Shown here: positions 19,101-26,749 of the stretch, in pieces
How positions within the stretch are numbered: the first letter of the stretch is position 1
How the letters are laid out: each line of letters opens with the position of its first letter
Assembly (NCBI GenBank): GCA_031362565.1
Contig: JANLSU010000073.1
Coordinates: 32,001-96,000, forward strand
From: a bacterium
GTDB taxonomy: Bacteria > Krumholzibacteriota > Krumholzibacteriia > G020349025
Direction: 5' to 3'
DNA length: 64,000 nucleotides
Notes under the pieces: generated by a model
What the model was told of the DNA's origin: nothing
Database searches by the model: none
Seen by the model: only the letters and a program-made list of their open reading frames with translations
Made by a program: the position numbers and the translations under genes

Positions 19101-19620
19101 CGCCAAGATCGCCGATCTGTTGTCGCTGCCGTCCGCAGCCGGCGCTCTGCCGTGGTTGGACGTGTTTTGCAACCTGGCGCGCAATACGTTCTTGCTCCTG
19201 CCGGCCTTCGCACTGGTGCTCTATGCCGCTGGACGTCTCTTGGGAGTGCGGCGGGCCCTCGGGCTCGTGGGCGTTGCGGTCGTGGTTCTGGCCGGCGAGT
19301 CGGCACGTTCGATGGGTGAGTTCGGGGCGCAGCTTCTCAGCGGCCTCGTGGCGGCCGGCGTGCTCGTGTTCGTCGTCTGCGTGCTCTTCCGCGGCAATGA
19401 TCTGGCGTATGTCTTCAGCTTTTTGGCGGGCCGGGGAATTGGCGCTGCAGCGTTGTGGCTGCGCCAGCCGGCGCCGGAAGCGCAGTCCTCGGGGGTCGTG
19501 CTGGCGGCGCTCGCATGCGCGACCCTGATGATCGTCTACGTGCTCGCAGCGCGCGGTTCGTACCGCGGCTCGGGCAGTCAGCCGTCGAGTGCGGCGCGCA
19601 GTTCGGCGACCGACGGGTAG
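16198..19620 (+). CDS. large CPBP (Abi/CAAX, type II) intramembrane glutamic protease with duplicated extracytoplasmic domains
   Basis: PAVSEEFISR, WGFAH, WHYTVD motifs; many TM helices; two homologous soluble domains. Confidence 0.85.
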   Translation: MLEKFQARDRRFIVVCLAIAVVCGAIALRYFGRAFPEASIHFAVNRTQSGDVARDFLAKAGESAAGFNHATVFDFDEQTKTYLERQLGLERAQEVYGKQVRLWRWSHRWFKPQQKEELRVDVTAGGEVARFAHLLPEDAPGATVEPESARAIAEHFLGTRMGVELGGWDFVEGSSSQQPHRVDHSFTWKKHDLDLGDPDATYRITVDIAGDRVAGYDEHLEIPQTWQDDYSRLRARNDTAALVATVFLILTLLAMTGSLVLRIRDRDVRWRTVTGFGLVAFVLQLASALNQFDLEKFQYETQNSYPSFVTQFALQAVFGALALGGLIVLLTAAAEPIYRERHPDKLALPSYFTWRGLRTKSFFEQVLLGLTLMFFFAAYQSIFYVLAAKFGAWAPLEVPYSNMLNTAFPWALVLFIGFFPAVSEEFISRMFSIPFLDKHLSRFAIPRRLAATGAVFLASYIWGFAHSNYPNQPFWIRGVEVGTAGVVVSLVFWRWGILATLVWHYTVDAFYTSLLMLRSGNAYLTISGAITAGLMLVPLAVTLVMYRRCRGFEPADGLLNRDLTVLRPAVARQESEPEQAHAPYVPVARRHIIGALAVAGALLLLFFVPVEQPGDGIRVESSRAQALHAARGHLHRLGADPDRWRVAVQVASRFDPGVGRYIVQHTSVAHLNQVFTTRLRTPVWRVRFFRPDEREEWLINLPVNEIAGDSIPLWAFEHVLPDSAAGDTLGLDAAQLLASDFLRARGVEPADLDLKESKSERQKARTDHSFEWEVPDSTLEGAGARYRVIVRGGEVAGLRPYMHLPEAWVRAYEEKSVLQRLLWMLSIGLVSLAVVALVVVFVQQILARRFALRPAVVCGAVTGLVSLLLFAMRWQSDSLWEYDASLPYHLFIAGMAVRAVVLFMGSGIAGALLFGTLVAVRPHVRSLFAGRHDERYVRDAVGLAAIGVLLQFGVRRFGIVLDAITPHYAKIADLLSLPSAAGALPWLDVFCNLARNTFLLLPAFALVLYAAGRLLGVRRALGLVGVAVVVLAGESARSMGEFGAQLLSGLVAAGVLVFVVCVLFRGNDLAYVFSFLAGRGIGAAALWLRQPAPEAQSSGVVLAALACATLMIVYVLAARGSYRGSGSQPSSAARSSATDG

Positions 19621-20414
19621 ATGACGTCGGGTGGCGGATCGGCACGCTGCAAGTCGGCCTCGGTGCTGACGCCGGTCGTAACGGCGATAGTCATCAGACC
19701 CAGTCGTGCGGCACCCAAAATGTCGGTTTCGTAGCGGTCACCGACCATTCCCGTCAGCGACGGCGGCGTTCCGAGGATGCGCAACGCTTGCTCGAACATC
19801 TCCGGCTCGGGCTTGCCATATAACTTGGGAACGACGCCGGTCGTGGCGTGAATGGCGGCAAGCACTGCTCCGGCGCCGGGTTCGAGCCCGCGCTCGGTCG
19901 GATACGAGCGGTCGCCGTTCGTCGCCAGAAAGCGGGCGCCGCGCTGGATCGCCAGGCAGGCCTGGGCGAGCCGTTCGTAGGTGATGTTGCGGTCGAGCCC
20001 GGCGATGACGTACGACGCCTCCGTATAGCGTTCGGCGAGAGTCAGGCCGCTGATCGCGAGTGCTTCGCGAATGCCGGCGCCGCCGATCAGGAGGATCCGG
20101 TCGTCGGGTTTGGCCATGCGGCGCAAATCGTCGACTGCGACTTGGGCCGAGGTCAGAACCTGCTCGGGGCGGGCGCGGATGCCCATTCGCAGCAGTTTTT
20201 CGGCATAGTCGACGGCCGTGCGGCTCGAGTTATTCGTCAGGAAAAGATGCGGGATGCCACGCGTGTGCAAGAAATCGAGCAACTCGCGGGCGCCTGGAAC
20301 GATGGCGTCGCCGCGATACAGCACGCCGTCCATGTCGAGCAGCAATGCCCGCAGGTCGCGAACATCGACGCGTTGGCGCTTTTCCGTCGGCGTGCTGGCG
20401 GCTTCCGTGTCCAT
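19578..20414 (-). CDS. HAD-IIA hydrolase (NagD-like)
   Basis: DMDGVLY, LTNNSS, GKPEP, VGDRYETDI. Confidence 0.93.
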   Translation of the reverse strand: MDTEAASTPTEKRQRVDVRDLRALLLDMDGVLYRGDAIVPGARELLDFLHTRGIPHLFLTNNSSRTAVDYAEKLLRMGIRARPEQVLTSAQVAVDDLRRMAKPDDRILLIGGAGIREALAISGLTLAERYTEASYVIAGLDRNITYERLAQACLAIQRGARFLATNGDRSYPTERGLEPGAGAVLAAIHATTGVVPKLYGKPEPEMFEQALRILGTPPSLTGMVGDRYETDILGAARLGLMTIAVTTGVSTEADLQRADPPPDVIYPSVAELRAALDG

Positions 20415-20484
20415 GGGCTCAGCCTAGCACGGAAGCGAGCCGCGGTGAGAGGGGTCGGGGCGTCGAGCCTCCTCACCCCACGTC

Positions 20485-20958
20485 TCACCGGAACATCCAG
20501 CCCACCGTGAACTTGACGTCGGCTTCATCGACGAGACCGAGGCGCATTTCGCCGAAGAACAGGCCGCTTTGTGTCGGCGTTTGCATGCCGCCTACGAGAT
20601 TGATGCCGACGTCCGTGTTGCTGTCGTGGTTGTCCACGTCCACGAAGAAGATCCCGGGGCCGCCGCCCAAGTAGGGACGCCAGTGCGACGGGCCCTGGCT
20701 GAAGACGTACTTGAAGTCCATGTTGCCCGCGACCGTGATCATGTTGTCACCAGCACCCAAGTCGAAGCTCGGCAAAAAGGTGACGTGCGGGGTGATCTGA
20801 GCGGCTTGGAATTGCATTCCGGCGTGCACTTGATCCGGATCGATGGTGAGACCGAAGCGCGGCCCCCAGGGCCCGGCCGCGACCGGCGTTACGAATCCGA
20901 GCAACACGAGCGCGGCAATCGATGCGCCGATGATCCGGCGCGCGGTCAATGCAAGCAT
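20485..20958 (-). CDS. small outer-membrane beta-barrel protein
   Basis: Signal peptide, alternating strands, PYLGGGPG, aromatic C-terminus (VGWMFR); SD GGAGG. Confidence 0.75.
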   Translation of the reverse strand: MLALTARRIIGASIAALVLLGFVTPVAAGPWGPRFGLTIDPDQVHAGMQFQAAQITPHVTFLPSFDLGAGDNMITVAGNMDFKYVFSQGPSHWRPYLGGGPGIFFVDVDNHDSNTDVGINLVGGMQTPTQSGLFFGEMRLGLVDEADVKFTVGWMFR

Positions 20959-20997
20959 TGGGACACCTCCATGTGATCGTCCAACCAACGGTACGTT

Positions 20998-21657
20998 CTA
21001 GTGCGCCGCCGCACTCAGCACGCGCAGCGAGCGCGGCTCGGGCAGGCCCTTGACGATTTCGGCGACGACGAATTCCGGCGTCGGGACGAGCGGCATCATC
21101 TCGTTGCCGCGCAACCCCGGCGACGAGAGCAGGGCCTCGATCCACTCACTGCCGCGGTTGCTGCCGGTGATCTCGGTGCCGCGCGGCGGCTCGATGTGAA
21201 AGGTCACCGGCAACTGCAAGTCCTCGGCGACGCGTTCGACGTCCTCGGGCTTCGGGCCAAGGTGGCGCCACACGCGCGCCGTGTCCCAGATGTAGGCGTT
21301 CTTAATTTTGTCGATGGCTTCGAGTTCCGGCTGCAACGGCAGCGCCAGAAACACGCTGTAGCGTGAAACCCGCAGCAGTTCGCGAATGTAGCAGGAGCGA
21401 ATCTTGGGCGGCAGAAGCTCGAGCACCCGCGCCGACACGCCGACATCGAAAGTGTCGTCGTGCCATGGCAACTTGCAAAGGTCGAGTCCATCGGCGAGCC
21501 GGGCGGCGGTGACGCGATAGTCGGGGAGCAGGTCGGCGAACAATCCCGGTCCGCCGCATTCGAGCACATCGCCCATTGGGAGGAGGTCCTCGACCAACTG
21601 CGCAATGCGCTTGCATTCCGCGTACTTGCCCGGCCACCAACGCAACGGATCGCTCAC
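20998..21657 (-). CDS. class I SAM-methyltransferase-like protein (degenerate motif I)
   Basis: VLECGG, LPWHDDTFDV.VS..VLE, ELLRVSR; GTG start at 21657 after a GAGGGG SD. Confidence 0.6.
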   Translation of the reverse strand: MSDPLRWWPGKYAECKRIAQLVEDLLPMGDVLECGGPGLFADLLPDYRVTAARLADGLDLCKLPWHDDTFDVGVSARVLELLPPKIRSCYIRELLRVSRYSVFLALPLQPELEAIDKIKNAYIWDTARVWRHLGPKPEDVERVAEDLQLPVTFHIEPPRGTEITGSNRGSEWIEALLSSPGLRGNEMMPLVPTPEFVVAEIVKGLPEPRSLRVLSAAAH

Positions 21658-21734
21658 GGCGCACCACCCCTCGAACACTGCCCCCGGGCGCGTGGAATAG
21701 GGATCCCCGCGCGTCGTCCAGTCGCGAAATCGAA

Positions 21735-21751
21735 AGCAATCCCGGGACCAA
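21735..21751 (-). promoter_or_regulatory. possible sigma-54 promoter
   Basis: Minus strand TTGGTCCCGGGATTGCT (GG-N10-GC) about 80 nt upstream of the 21657 start. Confidence 0.4.
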
Positions 21752-21784
21752 GCCTGGATGCGCCTGGAAAGAAAGGGCCTTCGT

Positions 21785-23074
21785 TCAGGAGTTGAGCAAC
21801 GCCGTGATCTGCGCGCGCCGTTCCTCCGTGGCAGGCAAACGGGCGAGTTGTTCGTTCTTGTGGTCGAGAGCCAGAACGAGCGCCACGGTGAGCGCGACGT
21901 ATCCGGCCGGAATGGCGAAGGCCACCCAGCGCCGCGTTCTCTGGTGCGCGAGAAGTTTGAAGGCGTAGAGGGTCCCAGTCGTGAGCAAGACGCAGAATCC
22001 CAGCGACACGATGTACAGGAATCGCAGGTTGAGCCAGTCCGACGGATAGCGCAGGAAGGCGAACGGCACCACCATGACATACATCCAAGCGATGTAAAAG
22101 CGCAGGGCCCGGCTGCCGAACACGAAGCCGAAGAGCGAATACGACAAGATCGACAATCCGACGATGACGCGAATGACCGGCGCCACAGCGTAGATCGTGC
22201 GGACGAAAGACGAAGCGGTCGAAAGCAATTCCGACTGGTGCAATGGGAACACCATCAGGATGAGGTAGCCGGGCAAATTGCGCAGGAACGCGCCCGGATC
22301 GACGATCGGTGCGGCGAGCCCCGGAGAACTGATGATGCGCGCGACTTTGGCCACGAGCGCGAGTCCGAGGCAAGCGAGCAGATTGACACTCAGTACCCGC
22401 CGCCCACGTTCCGAGCGGAAGAAGAGGTTGTAGAACGCGAAGCAGGCCAGCAAGCTGAACGTCCCACCGCGCATGAACAGACTGCCGACGACGAGGCCGT
22501 AAAATCCCAGGGCGTAGACCGAGAACATCCGGCCTTCGGCGCGCTTCTCGTTCAGGACGTACAGGAGGGTGCCGAGCAACACCGTTGTGCCGTAGACCAG
22601 GCTCGAGATCCCGGTGGCAACCATCATGTTCTTGCCATAGCTGCCGACGCTGAGCGCGAACAGTGTTGCCGCAAGGGCGGCGCTGCGGCGGTCGTGCAGC
22701 AGCGTGTTGACGAGCAAGTAGGCCAGCAGTGAATTGATCCAGTGCACGATCAAATTCATGACGAAGTAAGGCCGCGGGTCCATTTGAAAGAAGCGAAACT
22801 CGAGTCCGAAGACCGGGTTCGTGACATAGCCGCCCGCCAGACTCGGCTGGAACGCGAGCGGCAACTGGCCGCGAGCATGGGCGCGGGCGGCGACCGAGAG
22901 TTCGCGCAGGTCCTCGGGGCTCCAGAAACCGGTGTCGAGAACCGGCGCGAACAGGCAGGCGATCACCGCGGCCAAGCCGAACGCGACGAGAACGGGCACG
23001 AGGTTCGAGTGGCGCAAAATGAATGTCCGCTGTAAGGGTGCCGGGCCTTCGGGCAAAAAAGACCCGGCGGCCAT
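21785..23074 (-). CDS. GT-C/ArnT-like polytopic membrane protein
   Basis: GFWSPED, PY...NL.VH..NSLL.Y.L, RFLY motifs; about 11 TM helices; start uncertain. Confidence 0.65.
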   Translation of the reverse strand: MAAGSFLPEGPAPLQRTFILRHSNLVPVLVAFGLAAVIACLFAPVLDTGFWSPEDLRELSVAARAHARGQLPLAFQPSLAGGYVTNPVFGLEFRFFQMDPRPYFVMNLIVHWINSLLAYLLVNTLLHDRRSAALAATLFALSVGSYGKNMMVATGISSLVYGTTVLLGTLLYVLNEKRAEGRMFSVYALGFYGLVVGSLFMRGGTFSLLACFAFYNLFFRSERGRRVLSVNLLACLGLALVAKVARIISSPGLAAPIVDPGAFLRNLPGYLILMVFPLHQSELLSTASSFVRTIYAVAPVIRVIVGLSILSYSLFGFVFGSRALRFYIAWMYVMVVPFAFLRYPSDWLNLRFLYIVSLGFCVLLTTGTLYAFKLLAHQRTRRWVAFAIPAGYVALTVALVLALDHKNEQLARLPATEERRAQITALLNS

Positions 23075-23190
23075 TTTATCACGCCGCGCCGCCGGCGTGG
23101 TATAAGAGCCATGCCTTTCGTCTCGGCTCCGGCCGGGCCCGCACCGCAGGCCGGCCACCGCCGTGCCGTCCACTCCATCCGGGAGTTCGC

Positions 23191-24681
23191 ATGCTGCCGC
23201 GATTTCAGGATCTGCGCCAGTTTCTCAGCTTTCTCGAGTCGCGCGGCGAACTGGTGCGGGTGCGCGAGAGCGTCGACCCGAAATTCGAGATCACCGAGAT
23301 CACGGACCGCACGACAAAAGGCGGCGGGCCGGCGCTCCTGTTCGAGAACGTGCGCGGCTCCCGTTTGCCGGTGGCGATCAACGTCTACGGGTCGGAACAG
23401 CGCATGGCGTGGGCATTGGGGGCGGAATCCATCGACGAGGTCGTCGGGCGAGTCGAGGAACTCTTCAAACTGGCGCCGCCCACCTCGTTCAGCGACAAGC
23501 TGCGCATGCTTCCAAAATTGAAGCAAATGGGCGATCTCTTGCCGCGCACCGTCAAGTCGGGTCCCTGCCAGGAAGTGAACATCGATCCCGCGTCGCTGGC
23601 GCATTTGCCGATCCTGACTTGCTGGCCGGAAGACGGCGGCCCGTTCATCACGCTCGGCGCCGTGATCACGCGGCATCCCGAAACAGGGCATCGCAACGTC
23701 GGCCTGTATCGCATGCACAAGTACGATGATGTGACGACCGGCATGCACTGGCAGGTGCACAAAGTCGGGGCGCAGCACTATCGGACGGCGCGTGAACTCG
23801 GACGCAACGTCGAAGTGGCGGTGGTCATTGGCGGGCCGCCGGTCCTGCCCTACGCCGCGACCGCGCCATTGCCGGAAGACTTGGACGAGATCGCCTTTGC
23901 GGGCTTTCTCGGCGGGCACGGGATCGAAATGGTGAAGTGCCGGACGGTCGATTTGGAAGTGCCGGCGCACGCCGAGATCGTTCTCGAGGGTTATGTGAAG
24001 CCCGACGAAATGCACCCGGAGGGCCCGTTCGGCGATCACACCGGGTACTACACTCCGGTGGCCGATTTTCCGGTGTTCCACATTACGGCCGTGACGCAGC
24101 GGCGCGATCCCATCTATCAGACGACCGTGGTGGGGCGGCCGCCACAGGAAGACGGCTACTTGGGTTGGGCGACGGAACGGCTCTTCTTGCCCGCCATTCG
24201 CTTGCCGCTGCCCGAGGTCGTCGACATGAAGTTGCCGATCGAGGCGTGCTTCCACAATTTGGCCATCGTGTCGATCAAGAAACGCTATCCGGGCCACGCG
24301 GCAAAAGTGATGCATGCACTTTGGGGCTTGGGGCAGATGATGATGTGCAAGTGCATTGTCATTGTCGACCACGATGTCGACGTGCAGAACGTCCGCGAGG
24401 TTCTATGGCGAGTCGCCAACAATATCGACGCGCGGCGCGACATCGTGTTCGCGGACGGCCCGGTCGATCAATTGGATCACGCGGCGTCGCGGCCGCTCAT
24501 GGGTTCGAAGATGGGAATCGACGCGACTGCCAAGTGGCGCGAGGAAGGCTACGATCGCGACTGGCCGCCGACGATCGTCATGGCGCCGGAAGTGCAAACC
24601 CGCATCGACGCCTTGTGGCCCAAGCTCGGAATCCCGTTGCGGCCGCCGGCGCTCGGCATCGGCGAGAGGCGCGGACGATGA
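23191..24681 (+). CDS. ubiD: UbiD-family menaquinone biosynthesis decarboxylase (MqnL-like)
   Basis: GPALLFEN, WPEDGGPFIT, RNVGLYR, EGPFGDHTGYY, KMGIDAT. Confidence 0.95.
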   Translation: MLPRFQDLRQFLSFLESRGELVRVRESVDPKFEITEITDRTTKGGGPALLFENVRGSRLPVAINVYGSEQRMAWALGAESIDEVVGRVEELFKLAPPTSFSDKLRMLPKLKQMGDLLPRTVKSGPCQEVNIDPASLAHLPILTCWPEDGGPFITLGAVITRHPETGHRNVGLYRMHKYDDVTTGMHWQVHKVGAQHYRTARELGRNVEVAVVIGGPPVLPYAATAPLPEDLDEIAFAGFLGGHGIEMVKCRTVDLEVPAHAEIVLEGYVKPDEMHPEGPFGDHTGYYTPVADFPVFHITAVTQRRDPIYQTTVVGRPPQEDGYLGWATERLFLPAIRLPLPEVVDMKLPIEACFHNLAIVSIKKRYPGHAAKVMHALWGLGQMMMCKCIVIVDHDVDVQNVREVLWRVANNIDARRDIVFADGPVDQLDHAASRPLMGSKMGIDATAKWREEGYDRDWPPTIVMAPEVQTRIDALWPKLGIPLRPPALGIGERRGR

Positions 24682-25439
24682 GCGGCAGCGTGCCGTCCTC
24701 CCGCCCGGCGGGGGATGCGCCGCGCCCAGCCGGCGGCGCGGTGTTCGACGGGAAGGGTGCACCGGCGGCCGAGGTGCGGGCCATGTTCGCCCGCATCGCG
24801 CCCACCTACGACCTCTTGAACGGCATGTTGTCGGCGAAGCGCGATCGCGCTTGGCGGCGCGCCGCGGCAGAATCCATCGACCCGCAAGCGCGCCGCGTGC
24901 TCGACCTGTGCGCCGGAACCGGCGACCTGGCGCTCGAAATCGCCGCGCGGCGTCCGCAGGCCTTCGTCTGTGCAGGCGATTTTTGTTTCGAGATGCTGGT
25001 GCGCGGCAAGCCGAAGGGTCTGGCGCAAGCGGCGGCACCGGCGGCATGCGACGGGCTGCGCTTGCCGTTTGCCGACGGCACGTTCGACGCGGTGACGGCG
25101 GCCTTCGGGGTGCGCAATTTCGAAGACCTCCCCACCGGCTTGCGCGAAATGCGCCGGGTCACGCGCCCGGGCGGCCACCTCGCGGTGCTCGAGTTCTTCC
25201 GCAACGAATCGCAGTGGCGCGACGCCCCGTTCCGCTTTTACTTCCGCGAAGTCTTGCCGCGCATCGGCCAACTGGTGTCGCGCGACGGTGAGGCGTATTC
25301 CTATCTGCCGCGCTCGGTCGGCCGCTTCGCGACGCGGCGCGAGTTCACGGCCCTTCTGGCCGGCGCCGGCTGGGGCGACGTGCGCCGGCGCGATCTCACC
25401 TTCGGCATCGCGACCCTGGTGACGGCGCGCGCCGTCTGA
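24678..25439 (+). CDS. menG: demethylmenaquinone methyltransferase (UbiE/MenG)
   Basis: MFARIAPTYDLLN, VLDLCAGTGD, FGVRN, AYSYLP.S; ATGA overlap with ubiD. Confidence 0.92.
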   Translation: MSGSVPSSRPAGDAPRPAGGAVFDGKGAPAAEVRAMFARIAPTYDLLNGMLSAKRDRAWRRAAAESIDPQARRVLDLCAGTGDLALEIAARRPQAFVCAGDFCFEMLVRGKPKGLAQAAAPAACDGLRLPFADGTFDAVTAAFGVRNFEDLPTGLREMRRVTRPGGHLAVLEFFRNESQWRDAPFRFYFREVLPRIGQLVSRDGEAYSYLPRSVGRFATRREFTALLAGAGWGDVRRRDLTFGIATLVTARAV

Positions 25440-25466
25440 ACGGCTTGCCACGGTGCTCGCCCCCCT

Positions 25467-26543
25467 TCACTTCGGCAACGCCGCGAGAACCTGTTGAATG
25501 TCACCGGCGCGCTCCGGCCGGGCGTTCTTCTGGAGCAGGCGTTCGAGCGCGGTGCGGTGCGCGATCTTGAGCGCGTCATCGGCCGGCGCCGCGATGTCGG
25601 GTGTAACGCCGACACCTTCCCAGTCTTTATGGGTGATGGGACTGGTGGAGCGGCCCTCCGGCACGGCCACCGCGAAGTGTTCGGTGATCCGGTACCGGCC
25701 GGTCGGATGCGCGCCGCCGCGCGTCGTCTCGCCGACGATCGTTGCCCGCTTCAATCCCTGCAGATCGAAGGCGAACTCCTCGGCCGCGGAGTGCGTGCGC
25801 TTGCTTGTCAATACGTACACGTCGACTCCCGCCAAGTGCTTGCCGGCGGAAATGGGTGACGTCCAAGACTGCTTCGTGAAGTCCGCCGGCCGCGAATAGA
25901 TATCGACGAGGTGCACGGGCTCCTCGAAGAGGTAGCTGCAAATCAAGGCCACCATGCGGCTATTGCCGCCCGGGTTGTAGCGCAGATCGACGATCAGGGC
26001 ATCACAGTTGGAGAGAAAATTCATGGCGGCAACCGCGGTGTCGCCGCCGAACTGTGGATCGACGAACGAATCCAGGTCCAAATAGCCGACATTGCCCTTC
26101 AGGCGCTCGATCTTCAGGAAGCCGTTGTTGATCCAAGCCAAATCGTGCCCGCGCTGCTGTTGATCGGCCGGCGTTTCCGGCTGCGGATCCTCGGCCATCG
26201 GCGGCAAAACGGCCGGACTGAAGTGGACCTCGACGTGGGTGTCCCGGCTGACCGCTCGCAGGTGCACGGTGAGCGATTCAGCGAACGCGCCGGGGCCGGT
26301 GATGCGCGCGTACTCGCCCTTGCGCATTCGCTCCCGGAGCGATTTCTCCATCGCCTGTGCAACGTCCGGGAATACGTACGTCTGGCGATAGCGTGTGATG
26401 ATGCCCTCGAGAACCTGAGACCGGGTCTTCGGATCCAGGAGTGGCGCGGTCGCGGTGCCGGTTGCTGGCGCGACGGCGCTGCGGGCGGCACCCGCGCTCA
26501 CCAAGATGACTGCCAACGACGCAGTGAATGAATTGTATTTCAA
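25467..26543 (-). CDS. S41 family peptidase, secreted
   Basis: DLRYNPGG, THSAAEEF, GETTRGGA, WEGVGVTPD; TTG start at 26543 with SD GAGGAG and signal peptide. Confidence 0.9.
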   Translation of the reverse strand: MKYNSFTASLAVILVSAGAARSAVAPATGTATAPLLDPKTRSQVLEGIITRYRQTYVFPDVAQAMEKSLRERMRKGEYARITGPGAFAESLTVHLRAVSRDTHVEVHFSPAVLPPMAEDPQPETPADQQQRGHDLAWINNGFLKIERLKGNVGYLDLDSFVDPQFGGDTAVAAMNFLSNCDALIVDLRYNPGGNSRMVALICSYLFEEPVHLVDIYSRPADFTKQSWTSPISAGKHLAGVDVYVLTSKRTHSAAEEFAFDLQGLKRATIVGETTRGGAHPTGRYRITEHFAVAVPEGRSTSPITHKDWEGVGVTPDIAAPADDALKIAHRTALERLLQKNARPERAGDIQQVLAALPK

Positions 26544-26749
26544 GGCTGAACTCCTCAGGCGTGAAGCTGACGAAGCGGCCGGCAGATCCGGCCTGTACCC
26601 GCTTCGACGCCCGCGAGTCACTGCTGGGTTTCACCGCTGTCGAAGGCGGAACCCCTTTGACCACTCGCCGGATCAGGGGTAGGCTTCACGGACTCGCCCG
26701 GTGGTCCGGTCGGCGGCCAAGGGCCTTTGATCTCAATCGGGAGGATTCC

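Noticed and set aside
20998..22080. 360-aa version of the methyltransferase-like ORF
   Set aside because: The extension overlaps the upstream membrane gene on the same strand; GTG 21657 with an SD is more plausible.
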